Assembly: GCA_050273025.1 (NCBI GenBank)
Contig: CP158635.1
Coordinates: 33,232,001-33,296,000 of the forward strand
DNA from: Cenococcum geophilum
Taxonomy: Eukaryota
Reading direction: 5' to 3'
Length of the DNA: 64,000 nt
This document shows positions 37,701 through 51,207 of this stretch, one piece after another. The position numbers were made by a program, and so were the translations under genes. Every line of letters begins with the position of its first letter. Position 1 is the stretch's first letter. Under the pieces are notes generated by a model. That model was given only the letters and a program-made list of their open reading frames with translations. It did not search any database and was not told where the DNA came from.

Positions 37701-38453
37701 ATTTGGAGGTGCTAAACGTGTCAGGATTCCCAAAGAAACAAACTGACGCCCAGATCGTTCCATGCGCGAGATAGTGTTCCGTATATTCGGTCTGGAGTTG
37801 CTTATTCGTGCCAAGAAGACTGAGTTCCGCGTTCACGACAGATATATCTGGATTTCGGCATGTTCATCTGCAAATTTGGGTAGTGACAAGGGAATCCAGT
37901 TGTTTTGCTAGACAAGCCAACATATGGATGACCCATGGAGCGTGGTGTATCTTCAGCCGGCGTATATGATGTTGCGGAGCTCGCGTAAGAGGCCAAGGAA
38001 GTTTTTTGGGCTTCTAAATTGCCTCTTCAGCATTTCCAATTGCACTTGCTGTGCTACCAGTAGCGCATAATATCATTGCCATCTTTAGCTTCTCGATTGG
38101 GAGGGTTCGTTGAGGTGGAGGGTATCGGTGTCGACATATATATATAATTACATGTATGTCATGTATTTATCAGCGTCCCTCAGTTGCTTCGACTACTCCA
38201 ACTCTAAGCAGACGAGTTGCGGCTGGCTTACCACCAGGCCCACGTACCCTTCCCGCAACACCCCCAATATAGCAGGCATTGGAGGATGCAAAAAAATAAA
38301 TCCAGAAAAGCTTCGCGCGGCTAACAGAAACTTTGACACAATGCACATAGTGATATATAGTTTCTGAGTGGATCATACTATTCACACCTAGTATGGTTAA
38401 TCTTATGATTGCGATCCCGAGGCCCCATGTATCTGAAAGCCATAGATAGGAGA

Positions 38454-38738
38454 CTCTCACCCGGAGAAAAAGGTGGCCGATATTCGTCCATGCGCCCGCA
38501 CTAAAATCGTTCAATTTTTCTACCTAGCTAGTACCTAGTCATTAGTCCGCAAAAAGCTCCTGCAGGGGTGTATAAGAGCACGCGACTGATTTGCGTACTT
38601 TAATTACCTTATAAGAAGGCATTGTGAGGTGTGAGAGTGGTAATAAGTGTCCTGTTTACATCAAAATAGTGTGAACAGACTGCGCTCGCTTGGTGGGCGC
38701 ACGGACGAATATCAGCCACCTTTTTCTCCGGGTGAGAG
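38454..38738. mobile_element. MITE, 285 bp, 46-bp TIRs, 5-bp target-site duplication GGAGA
   Basis: 38454-38499 is the inverted repeat of 38693-38738 (3 mismatches); GGAGA at 38449-38453 and 38739-38743. Confidence 0.85.
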
Positions 38739-39460
38739 GGAGAGTAGCCCATCGCTTAACCCGCCAGTGTCCATCTAGTAGATGGTCCGTGCGAAACACC
38801 AGAATCAAAACTACGCGTATAGCCTACATAGATTTGATGAATATATTACTATCAACTATGCCTTTTAATCGTACTTCCAATAATGCAGATCTTGTTCAAC
38901 TGACTTAACATAACGTTTAACTGAATCGGGTTGCTAAAAACCCACCACCAGAGCCGTGGCCGTTGCCTAATTTTGCACCTTTTTAGAGGCCTCTGCAAGC
39001 GCCAAGGACTCATTTTAGGTGTAAAAATATATCAGATTCCGTTCTGCAGAAAGGACGAGTGTCGGCTACCTCATATTAAGCGACTCAACTCTAAGGAATA
39101 AGCTATATAGATTATTTTATATGACATTTAGTGGATCAACCAGTCTCATTCCTGAGCACAGCAATTTGATCCTATTGAAATGATTGGCCAAATTCTTATC
39201 GATAACAGATGGATCCAACGTGGCGGGTTAGGGGATAAGTTAGTCATTGCAGGGCCAAATTCAGAGCAGGGCGTGACAAGCGGGCCGGAAATAATTTTTG
39301 CGAGGCTGGCACGTACAAAATTGCCAAGGCAATCAACGCGAACGCGTCCCCTGTCGGGTCTTTCGTCAAGAGGTCGCGATCCCAGCTCTCCACTCTCCCT
39401 CTTTCCATATTCCACCCTCACTAACAACCACTCGCCAATTGCCTTCCTTCCTTAGCAGAT

Positions 39461-42400
39461 ATGGCCCGAGGAATTGAAGGCAATGAGCTATCAACACCAC
39501 GACCATCTGCTTCGAAAAAACAGGCTCCTAGCTCGCAGTCCAAGAAGAATCAGAAATCCATTCTTGGATTCTTTCAAAAAAAGTCTGACGCTGGTTCAAG
39601 TCCTATTACTAAATCCTCCCCACCGGCGGCTTCCCCAGCAAGCACGATTCGAGCTCCCATTAGCAAGAAGATCTCAGCCGGTTATGATTCCAGTGCGGCA
39701 TTGACGCCAGCTCCAAGCAGCGATGCTCCTGAGCCGTCTAGCCCAGTGTATAGCGAGAGTGACGATGGAAAAGGGAAGAATAAGGAGAATGGTCTGCTAT
39801 CACCTGTAACGCCTGCAGGTGTAGGAGCTGATAGTGTTTTGTTAGAGGTAGCAGGTGTTTCTATGAGCAGCCCCATCAGAAAGGTAGATATCCCATTATC
39901 CAGATACGTTAACAAAAAGCTTAATCTACTCACCTTTCATACAGGGTAAGAAGGCTGTAAATTATGCTGAGTCTGATGACGACGATGTTTTCCACCCAAT
40001 CTCCTCCAACGCTACTGGCAGGAGAGCGTCCAAACGAAGAAAAGTGAGCCTAGAGGATTCAGATGACGAATTTGGATTCGATGCTGCCACGGAGGATGCT
40101 ATGCTAGAGGGTGGTACGTATCACTACCCTACCTCTTCCTAAGCTTTCTTATTTGACGTGGTCCTCATTCACAATAACTTGCTCTTGCACTGGAAGTATG
40201 AGAGATGTATTGACTGTTTTACCTATGGCAACTCTATCACTTGATACCTGATGACATTTCTAATGCTCCACTAGATATGGACGATTTTATCGTGCCAGAT
40301 GACTCCGATGAAGAGGCAATTGTACCACAGAAACGAAGACGCCAACCGGAGCCACAACCACGAAAGAAGTCAATTCAGCTGCCCACTCGACCGCCTCCAG
40401 CTGATGATGAGGATGAAGATGATGAGATGCCTACTGTCTCAACGGCACAGCAATGGACTTACGACCCGGAGAATCTTGAACCCCTTAAACCTCGCTCAAC
40501 GGCTGTTCCTCAGAAGAAGACAAAAGCAGACAAGGGAAAGCAGAAGGCTCACGTCACTGAACCTGATCAGCGATATCCATGGCTAGCTAACATTCTTGAC
40601 GCGGATCGAAATCCCCCTGGCCACCCGGATTACGATCCCCGTACAATTTATATTCCGCCGTTGGCTTGGAACAAATTCTCGCCTTTCGAGAAACAGTATT
40701 GGGAGATCAAACAGAAGTTTTGGGACACTATTGTCTTCTTCAAAAAGGGCAAATTCTATGAGTTGTACGAGAACGACGCTACTATTGGTCATCAACTTTT
40801 CGACCTCAAGCTCACCGACAGAGTCAACATGCGGATGGTTGGTGTTCCCGAGGCTTCGTTGGATCAATGGGCAAATCAATTCGTGGCTAAGGGATTCAAG
40901 ATCGCCAGGGTCGATCAGATGGAGTCTGCTTTGGCAAAAGAAATGCGCGAGAGAGACGGCAAGAAACCTGGCAAGCCACAGAAAGAAGAAAAGATTATAA
41001 GACGAGAACTTGCTGCTGTTCTTACCGCAGGTACTTTGGTGGATGGTGGTATGCTTCAAGATGACATGTCAACATTCTGCGTTGCGATCAAGGAGATCGA
41101 GCAGGACAATCTTCCCACTTTCGGCATTGCGTTTGTTGACACCGCTACTGCCCAGTTCCATCTCTGTCAATTTGTTGATGATATTGATATGACAAAATTC
41201 GAGACATTTGTAGCACAGACTCGGCCCGGAGAGCTGCTCCTGGAGAAGTCCTGCATATCTGCAAAGGCATTGCGCATCCTCAAAAATAACACAAGCCCAA
41301 CAACGCTTTGGAATTATCTGAAGCCGGCAAAGGAGTTCTGGTCGGCAGACATCACCTGCCGGGAGATTGATGCAAGCGACTACTTTGTATCCCCAGATCG
41401 GGACAATATTGAAGCCTGGCCGTCAGTGCTGAGAGAAGCGCGAGACAAGGAGCTAGTCATGTCTGCATTTGGTGCTCTATTGCAATATCTGAGAATGGTG
41501 AGTAATGCGGTCCTCCCTATAACTCAGGGCATTGATACTAACTCAGTTAGCTGAAAATCGAGCGAGATCTCGTCACTTTAGGTAATTTCTCCTGGTACGA
41601 TCCCATTAGGAAGGCTACTAGTTTAGTTCTCGATGGTCAGAGCCTGATAAATCTTGAGGTGAGAGTCTCAACTTTGTCGAACCAATTCTATGAGTACTAA
41701 CTAAATATAGATATTTGCGAACACCTTTGACGGCACTACTAATGGCACCTTGTTCTCTATGCTGAATAGGTGTATCACACCCTTCGGAAAAAGGATGCTT
41801 CGGCAGTGGGTGTGCCACCCATTGGCTGACCCGACCAAAATCAACGCTCGCCTAGATGCTGTTGATGCTCTAAACGCCGATACTACAGTAACTGAGCGCT
41901 TTACTTCATCCCTTGGCAAACTGCCAGATTTGGAACGACTCATCTCTCGTGTTCACGCTGGCCGCTGCAAAGCTCAGGATTTCCTCAAAGTCCTAGAGGG
42001 ATTCGAACAGATTGAATATACTATGAGCATTCTTAGCGAATTCGGTGCTGGAGATGGTGTTATCGGGCAACTTATCTCGTCCATGCCCGATTTATCTGGG
42101 TGTCTGAACAAGTGGAAATCTGCATTTGACCGTGAAAAGGCTAAGCAGGAGGGGATCCTTGTCCCCGAGCCGGGAGTCGAGGAAGATTTCGACAACAGCC
42201 AGGAAAACATCAACGAGTGTCTTGCTGGGCTCGACAAGCTCTTGAAGAAAGCAAGGCGTGAGCTGAACTCTACGGCGATTGTATTCCGGGATAACGGCAA
42301 GGAAATATATCAACTCGAAGTACCAGCTAAAGTGAAGAATGTCCCAAAGAACTGGGACCAAATGTCTGCTACGGCAAAGGTTAAGCGCTACTACAGCCCT

Positions 42401-43533
42401 GAGCTTCGCAAACTAGTACGTGCGCTTCAAGAAGTACAAGAGACACACGGTCAAATTGTTCGCGAAGTCGCGGGGAGATTTTATGCCCGGTTTGATGAGG
42501 ATTATGCCACCTGGCTAGCTGCCATCAAGATTATCGCACAGCTGGACTGTCTCATCAGCCTAGCCAGAGCATCTGCTTCACTTGGTGAACCAAGCTGCAG
42601 ACCTGTTTTCGTTAAGGATAACAGAACCGTCATAGAGTTTGAGGAATTGCGCCACCCGTGCATGTTGACAAGTGTGACGGACTTTATTCCAAATGACATT
42701 AAATTGGGTGGCAACGCTCCGAACATCGACTTGCTCACCGGCGCCAACGCTGCTGGCAAATCGACAATATTGCGGATGGTATGTCTTTCTAAATTTCCTC
42801 TGTACTTTATAGCCCTCTATACCGACCAAACACAACTGATTCTTTTTAGACTTGTATCGCGGTTATCCTAGCCCAAATTGGCTGCTACCTCCCTGCTACC
42901 TCAGCCCGCCTCACACCCATTGATCGCATTATGTCACGTCTAGGAGCCAACGACAATATCTTCGCTGCTCAATCGACCTTCTTTGTCGAGCTCTCTGAAA
43001 CCCAGAAAATTCTCTCAGAAGCAACGCCTCGCTCCCTCGTCATACTCGACGAGCTTGGCCGTGGAACATCCTCCTATGATGGCGTGGCTGTTGCACAGGC
43101 TGTTCTGCACGATATAGCCAGTCGTGTCGGGTGCGTTGGCTTCTTTGCCACTCATTATAGAAGCTTAGCGAGGGAGTTTGAAGCCCATCCTGAGATTGCG
43201 GCCAAACGGATGCGGATAAGAGTGGATGAGGAGAATCGTAATGTGACGTTTCTATACAAATTAGAGGATGGAGTTGCGGAAGGCAGTTTCGGCATGCATT
43301 GCGCCGCTATGTGCGGGATTCCAAAGAAGGTCATTCAGAGTGCGGAGTCAGCGGCGAAAGAGTGGGAACACACGAGTAGACTGGGCGAGAGGATGGAGGT
43401 GGAGAGAGGCGAAGGGAGATGTTATGTACCGCTAGGTGTTCAGAGTGATATTGCGTGGGTGCTTAGGGAGGGGCTAGAGGGATTCGGGACGAGAAGCTTG
43501 GAGGTTTTGATGAAGGCGATCGAGGCGTTGTAG
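39461..43533 (+). CDS. MSH6: DNA mismatch repair protein Msh6, multi-exon
   Basis: N-terminal PIP-like QKSILGFF; FFKKGKFYELYE; LTGANAAGKST; SLVILDELGRGTS; FATHY. Confidence 0.95.
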
Positions 43534-44206
43534 AGACTGACGTGGAAAGATTTTGAAGAGCGCAGATTTGTAACAAGGTGATTTATACCAAAGCACGTGA
43601 CAGCATATTAGTCGCGCTAGTTTCTTCGGTGTAAGTTTTCTAGATTCTTACTCCTGGGCTTTTAGTGTATAAGCGGACCGGGCGGCGCTGGAGGGGTCTA
43701 TGTTTTCGCATATTCTTCGAGTGCCCGTAAAGTGGGGCTTCGGTGTCAGATAATTATAAAAGGCATCTTGGTCTTACGATATGTCCCCCCTTGACTTGAT
43801 TCAATGCTACAGATATTTGTGTCACTTCATTATAACGTTTATCGTAAACTGGTCACGCCTCAAGCCTAAACAGGTGTGCAATTAAGCGGGACCAACAATG
43901 CGTTCGGTCGTGGTTGATAGTTGGGATTTTGAGGTAGAGCTATGGGTCTTCAGACCTACACACTAGTTGAGATTCCGAGCTCGAAGCGCAGAGAACTCCA
44001 ATCCAATGTACATTGCTCTCCTGAATTTGTGAAAAAGGTGTTTCATGTCCGAGAATGACCGCCAAAGAAAGACAAACCTCCCAAAAAGTGCTATGCCTAA
44101 TAATACGCTTGCACGCTTCAGGAAGAAGCACAGCGAACCCAAGCACGTAGCAAGTCGTAAAAACTATTCGTGTGAGACAATGGGAATACTCCGGTCAGAT
44201 CTCGTG

Positions 44207-44751
44207 TTAGTACGTGACGTATTTGGTGTCGCAATTTTCGGAGGCGCTGGACAAGAAATCGGTTCCTTCTTCGTCCTTGATCATATTAAGAACTTCGTCA
44301 TCATCTTCCGGTCCAGTGGTGGGAGTAGGAGCGGGAGTGGCAGCGGCCTTAGGTTTGCGGGAACGCTTGATTGGGGACCCATCATCACCTTTGGTGGCCG
44401 TCTTACGCTTGCGAGGGGTACTTGACGGAGTGCCACCTGGAGTCTTGGCTGATGCTGTACCATCTCCAGCGGCAGCTTTCATCTTACGCTTCAGTTTGCC
44501 GAGAGTGACTTTGGCGGAACCCACAGTGTACCCTGCAAGGGGTGCGAGTTTTTCATAGTCGATCTACCCAAGTCAGTTATATCACATAGAGATGGAATAA
44601 CCGATGGGCTTTAGAGGATGTGACGAAGGATTTGGTAGAACTTCTAGCGTACCTTAGGTTCAGTGTCAAAGCACTGCCAGGCGTAAGCAAGCAGCTTCAT
44701 CTCATGCTCAGAGAAGGTCAAACTAGCTGAGTTGGGGGTGGAAGTTGCCAT
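44207..44751 (-). CDS. Small basic nuclear protein with a Myb-like N-terminal domain and Lys/Pro/Thr-rich tail, 1 intron
   Basis: FSEHEMKLLAYAWQCFDTEPK|IDYEKLAPLAGYTVGSAKVTLGKLKRK...TPRKRK. Confidence 0.7.
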
Positions 44752-45555
44752 GTTGAGTGGTGATAGCAAATTTGACTTTGAACGGTGATGCAATAGATGG
44801 GAATGATATGAGTGGAAGTCGTGGAGTGGGGTGGAAGTTGAAAGATGAGAACGGAGGAATCGGGTCGAAGGCGGAAGTAAAGACGCAATTTAAGCAAAAT
44901 TCACCCAACACTAGGATTGCGGGCAAAGTACGGTGAATCGATGTCTTACATAAAGGAGATGATAAGAGAAGCGGAAGCAAGTCTTCTTGTGCGCTTGTTA
45001 TTCATCCACAGACCAAAAAATTCACTTTGCGTCCATATGACCAGATGAATTTATCTCACTGAGTGTAAAGCATCTTCCGCAATAAGTATCATCAGATGTT
45101 TTTGAAGGACAAGCATTTAGATGCAAGACTGTTGCGGATCTAATAGATTAGGAACTGTCCGGAAACCACAACCAAGTCTTAATGAAAAATGGAAGTGGAG
45201 TTGATGAGCGATTCTAGAGTATCTCCCACTGTCTATCCATGAATGCTCACAGAAGGCGGAATTTGCCTCTAAAGTAGCCATGACTTGTGGGCAATATCTA
45301 GTTGCGCACCCTACTCTATCTGGCCGTGCACGATTACACTAGTTGGGGTGATTTCCAAGTAGGGAAACATAAATTAAGAATCCACACATCGGCTGGATGT
45401 GTTCTGTGTTGATTCGACGCCATTACTCCAGCGCCGTCATTCTAGTATAACTTGTAGCTTCTCAAATTATATGTTAGCATCAAAGTAATCATACCCTTAG
45501 GGCACTAACTTGAGCAATACCAATGCATGTTCTCATGTGCTTTGTTCAATATGTA

Positions 45556-47084
45556 TCATATACGCTTAATCTCTTTCCCGCGCATCTCAGGTCTTTCGAC
45601 CTCCCATTCGTCCCTTAGCACTGCATATAATGAGTCCCCGACAATCACCGAGAGCCCAAGGCTCCAGACGAGAGTAATGGCATAGAAAAAGTTTGCGTTG
45701 CCAGATCCTGCATAGATCCAGAGATAATAGAATGCCGGACCGAGGAATGAGGCATAGAGGAGGGTAGACGCCGCTAGAAAGCTGTATCGCATTACTAGAC
45801 ATGGATTAACCAGAGATTTCACCACACTGCCTGATTAATCGACGCTCATGGTGCTGAGGAAACAGAGTCCATGGAAAGGTTACTTACGAGGAAATATATG
45901 CCTGTAGAGAGGTACAAGCGCCAGGTACAACGCGCTATCCGCAATGCTAGGATACGGCTGGAAAATAGCGAATATTCCCAATAAAGAGGAGACAACGAAC
46001 AAGGGTTGTCGTCGTAGGCGGAAGCTGAGTCCGCCTACGTATGATGCCATATGTAGCCAGAACACGCCGAGAAAGAACTCGCGGAAAGAGTCAAACATCT
46101 CAATGAAAAAGTACCACCATAGACCCACATTGGGCGTCAAGTCTGGTAGCAGAAGTCGAACGCCATATGTTGCGGCAAGAAATTCCCAAGAGCCAGTGAG
46201 AAGCGCGGAGAGGTATAAAAGAAGAGCGAGAGCAACTGCTAATCCAAAGATGTGGGAGATAGAAAAGGTGAGGGGGCTCGGTGTTCCTTTTGACTTAGTG
46301 ACTCGGACGTCATAGCAAAGGAGAAGAAGGGGCGGGAAGAGTAGTATAGGATGGAGAGAGAGGTAGGAGGCGAAGGAGAGAGCAAGGATGAACGTTATAC
46401 TGGCGCCTTGAGCGGCTTTAGCGATCGAGGTGAGCAGGAAGAAATTAGTGAGCGCGGAGGTAGGCCGGGCAATGCAAGTTGCAATTGTGAATGGATTGAA
46501 GAGAAAGCTATTGGGTATTAGCCACCGAATTCTAAGCTCCTGGCCGCTTAATTCTTCACCTTGCTCCAACTGCTATGGTATTCCACCGCAAGTCTTTCCG
46601 TGAAGAAGTGAAGAGTCTTGAAGAGACAGACTGGCCGGTCTCGGCTATTTGCATTAAGGCATTGGCCCCAAGGAGATCGACTAGTGTATACAACAGGTTT
46701 GTTGCGAACGGATGCGACGAGGAATTCGGGAGCAAGGAGAACAGCGGCAGGAGTAATGGTGCCTAAAGATATGAGGCCTTGCACTGTATGTTTAATATGG
46801 TGGGGTGGTACCTGATGGAAAATTCCGCCGTCATAGGGAGAGACATTGTGGGTGTAAAGGAAGAGACCCTCTTGTACTAAATGCCATGGCATGTGGTTAG
46901 TAAGTCACTCTACCTTGGAGCATTGATTTGGCTGCTACATACACCTCTTGAAGCTTGTGACAGGGGTGGATATCTCAACGCGACCTGTAAGGAGATTCGG
47001 CAAGGATGGAAAAGCAGTGAATAACAGTAACCGTACTGCTGCTGCTGCACTAAAAAGAAGGGCCTTCTGTTTATCAACAGCCAT
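45556..47084 (-). CDS. GAB1: GPI transamidase subunit PIG-U/Gab1/Cdc91, multi-exon
   Basis: RVEISTPVTSFKR, VSPYDGG, DLTPNVGLWWYFFIEMFDSF and GSGNANFFYAITL motifs. Confidence 0.92.
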
Positions 47085-47370
47085 AATGAGCGGCTACCCA
47101 AGAAGGATGTCCATGGATGCTGAAATGGGTATGGCGCGGGTCCAAAAAGCGAACGCAATGTATCCCAACTTTTCGGCTTTGGTGTTTCGCGACTTGATAA
47201 TGCCAAGATTCGGCTCGGGAAATCCCCAGCCTAATTTGAAAGCGTTTGTGCCGCTGCAGCAACTTTTTTTTGTCCCGCATATAGCTGAGAGCTGGTGCGT
47301 TCTCCACTGATTGTGAACCTCACGACAATAGCTGACCTTTGATATACCTAGACAGCTCGTTCTTGACGAA

Positions 47371-49577
47371 ATGGCTCGAATCAAAAAGAAAGGTACCACT
47401 CCAATTCCTTCTTTACACTAGCAATTTCTGACCATACCTAGGTACCTCTGGACAGGCGAAAAATTTCATAACCAGAAGTCGAGCTGTGCGCAAACTGCAG
47501 ATATCCCTTCCGGACTTTCGGCGATTATGTATATTCAAGGGTAGATTAGAAAGAATCCGTTATTTGTTTCTGCCCGCTAACTATCGTTATTACAGGAATA
47601 TACCCTCGCGAACCGCGCAACAAGAAGAAAGTTTCAAAGAGCGCCACATCCTCCACAACCTTCTACTACACCAAGGATATACAGTATCTTCTCCACGAAC
47701 CTTTACTGAACAAATTCCGAGAACATAAAACATTAGCAAAGAAGATTGGACGAGCTCTCGGACGGGGTGAAGTCGGAGATGCGTCCCGGTTAGAGAAGAC
47801 ACAGAAGCCCAAGATAACTCTTGATCATATTATAAAGGAGCGGTATCCCACCTTTGTAGATGCCCTACGCGACTTCGATGATGCGTTGTCCATGTTGTTT
47901 CTCTTCGCCAACCTGCCTTCTACTACCGCAGTACCACCGAAGACGATCGCTCTCTGCCAACGACTGTGTCTTGAATTCGAACACTATCTCATTATTTCTC
48001 ACTCTCTCCGAAAATCATTTCTCTCAATAAAAGGAATTTATTACCAGGCGACAATCCAAGGTCAAGACATTCTCTGGCTAGTACCCTATAAATTTGTACA
48101 AAGAATAACAGGGGATATCGATTTCCGGATAATGGGAACTTTCGTGGAATTTTACACCACTCTTCTTGGCTTCGTGAACTTCAGATTGTACACCTCGGTT
48201 GGGTTGGTGTATCCCCCTAGGTTCAACGCTAGCAGCGATGAGCGAGGGGGCGAGCTGGGGGCCTTTACTTTGGAAGGGAAAGGTGTGGGGCCATCGCAGC
48301 AGACGCTAGAAGATACTCCAATGACAAATGGTGGCAACGCCTCAGAAAACAAATCCGCCGCAGCACAAGCAGAGGCGGATAAAGTTGCTGCCCTTCCAGC
48401 TCCAGAGATGGAGAATGAAGAGTCGACAGCTTTGGTTGAAAGAAATGAAGATCAAGTCACGGAAGCTATCGATACATTTGAAGTTACCGCACAGGACGCA
48501 GACGTCCTTCTTCAGCCTCAAGCGAGCAGCATAGAAACGTCCACCCTTTTTGCACCATTTACGTTCTATCTTTCGCGTGAGACGCCGCGACAGCCTCTAG
48601 AATTCCTTCTCAAAGCTTTTGGCTGCAAACGGGTAGGCTGGGATGGTGTGCTTGGTGATGGGGCATTCACTGCGAATGAATCCGACCCGGCTATTACGCA
48701 TCAAATCGTGGACCGCCCGCCACTCCCACAGGCGTCTCTGCCTGCCCTTCCGGAGACAACCGCCTCGGAAGTTGCAGGGAATGGCACCGAACCTAAGCCA
48801 ATAGCGTTATGGCCGCGAGCAACTATTCCAGGCCGGATTTATATACAGCCGCAATGGGTCTGGGACTGCGTCAACCAAGGAAAATTACTCAGACCCGACA
48901 TGTACGCTCCAGGAGCAACATTGCCACCCCATCTCAGCCCATGGGTTAAGCCGAAGAAGGGGCAATACGATCCAAGCATGCCACTAGCTGAGCAAGAGCG
49001 GGAAGGCGAGGCGGAAGAATACGAAGACGAAGATTTAGAGGAGGCTGAGGGTAATATCAACGGCGAGGCTGAAATGGCCTCCTTTAAGAGAAATGGTACG
49101 AAGAGCACTAACGATGTCCTTCTTGACCGCGATGACGAGGCCGAAGCGGGAGAGGGTATGAATGTGGCGGACAAAGACTCCGAGTCCGATGAAGAAGAAG
49201 AAGAAGAAGAGGCCCCTGGCGAGGAGTGGGATGGAATATCTTCAGATGCTGCATCGGATATTGATGAATCGGAAGCTGCCCGCCTTCAGCATCAGCGCGA
49301 ACTTGAAGCCGAAGCCGCGGGTGGACCTGTGGAAGCGCTCAATGGTCACAGAGCCCCTAAGAGTAAAAGCGCAGAGGCAAGGAAGAAGGCTGCCAGGAAG
49401 CGCAGAGAGGAAGAGGAGGAGAAAGAGAGGCTCAAGATGATGCTACCGCAACGGAAACGTAAGTTGCTTGACAGGATCGAGTATTCGACTGAGAAGAAAA
49501 ACAAAGAAGCCGAATTGCTCAGGAAGAAGAGGAGAAAAATTGAAAAAGCAAAAGCGGGAGGTAAGGTAGTGGAATAA
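47371..49577 (+). CDS. NOP7: Pescadillo homologue (BRCT domain, ribosome biogenesis), 2 introns
   Basis: [40 protein letters not shown] and LPPHLSPW motifs; acidic/basic tail. Confidence 0.95.
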
Positions 49578-50823
49578 CGCCGCATTTTTGAGGTTTTAGA
49601 GCCAACCAGCTTTAGTGATCAGCTATATTACGGAGTTGAGGCGATGAGGAATGGTTTGACCTGTGCGAGGTTTGATGGGATCGTGTGTGTTAGTTCCTAT
49701 ATAGCTCCTTTGAGCTTTCTCTGAGGTGTGTTATGTATTATTCTATCGTACGACTCACTAAACCGTCTTCGCATTTGAGACAAGATGTCTCAGCTCTTCT
49801 GAGCATGTCAGTTCTTCTAAGACAGGCTCGGTTGTCTACCTAAACTTTCCTTAACCAAGAAAAAACGCTCTACAAATCCGACCGCTACTAGTGATTCCTA
49901 TGACCAGCATAGATAATGAAAGTGGTTTAGGACAATTTATGAAGAGCGCAGGGTCTTTGTTGGGTGGCTGCAACATCATTCAGGAAGTTGAGGACGGATT
50001 TCTAGCCATGGACCTTTCCGTTTATACCAATATTTGTATCTCTAACCTAAACTACTACACATCGGATTCTAAGTTTGAACAAATCAGTTTGGATGGGAGC
50101 TCTGTATTGCTGTAGTGGAGACGCAGACGGCGGACGATCCAATCAGAAGTAACAATAGGTTCTACCCAACTCGACCCGATCTGACTCCAATGATCGTGGC
50201 GAACATCTCTCAGCTACATCCTAAATTGTACCACGATGTCCTTATCCTACGAAATCCGCCTGCTCTGCATCCACCTCAATACCACTCAAGCACCAAGACC
50301 TCCGCCTCCGCTTGGCTAATCGTCCCTCTTGCCAAGAATAAGGCGTTTTGTTTACGAGGTCTGCAAGTTTAGCCACTATCGAAAAGGTCCTAGCGAATGC
50401 AGAAGTAAGAGGCAAATTACGCCTTCCGACTCTCATTTGCTAGCCAAGCTCTGACCTTTACACAAAGGATCACAAGACTTTAACTCCCTCCTCTGTTGTT
50501 GACATGAAGAAATCGAGAAGTAGTATAGTCAGTCCGTAAATCCTCGTATCAGTCAAACTGCCTGGCATCCCATGATACTCATAGCTTGGCATTTCCTATT
50601 CCAAGGCGACACTCGAATGATTCAGCCAGGAGCGAAGCCCGGAGATGCAGGACGATACATCTATATATAGCAGGAGTAATACGATATGTCGTATAAAGAA
50701 CAGATATAAAAGATCTTCTGATTTTTATACTCACTGCACGTTTGCAACTCTCGCTCCATCTCCTTAAACATTAGTCTCTCGTTTCTGGGAAATCCCATAC
50801 AAATCTTCAACTTACCGAGCAAA

Positions 50824-51207
50824 ATGAGATATATCTACGTTCTCGCAAGCCTTACGGTGCTTGTCTATGCCTCCCCTGCCGAGAAGCGCGCCGCACCTAT
50901 TGGATGCTCAACTTGCAATCCTCTTCCAGAGTTGAACCATTGCGACATCACGACTTCATGCATCTACAACTGGGGCCACCAAGGCCCAGGCGGCCCCAAC
51001 TACTGTGCATGCCGTGCAGGATACAAGGCCAACCCGTTGGAAGTTGGCCAAGACCCAGCAGCTCAATGGCGTCTACCGTGGGTTAGTCAGGAGGGGAGGG
51101 TCTTTGTTCGGCCTGGGGTTAAGTGTGACACTCTCTGCGACAACTACCAGCTGGGGAAGGATGGATGTCAGGAAGTTTGGTTGAACAATAATCCACAATG
51201 CATGTAG
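50824..51207 (+). CDS. Small secreted cysteine-rich protein (127 aa)
   Basis: Signal peptide, Kex2-like KR site, 10 Cys, CACRAGYKA...QEGRVFVRPGVKCDTLC; TATA-like tataaa upstream (~50705). Confidence 0.8.
   Translation: MRYIYVLASLTVLVYASPAEKRAAPIGCSTCNPLPELNHCDITTSCIYNWGHQGPGGPNYCACRAGYKANPLEVGQDPAAQWRLPWVSQEGRVFVRPGVKCDTLCDNYQLGKDGCQEVWLNNNPQCM

Noticed and set aside
40114..40274. Intronic C/D snoRNA in the long MSH6 intron
   Set aside because: A CTGA is present but there is no canonical upstream RTGATGA box or terminal stem.
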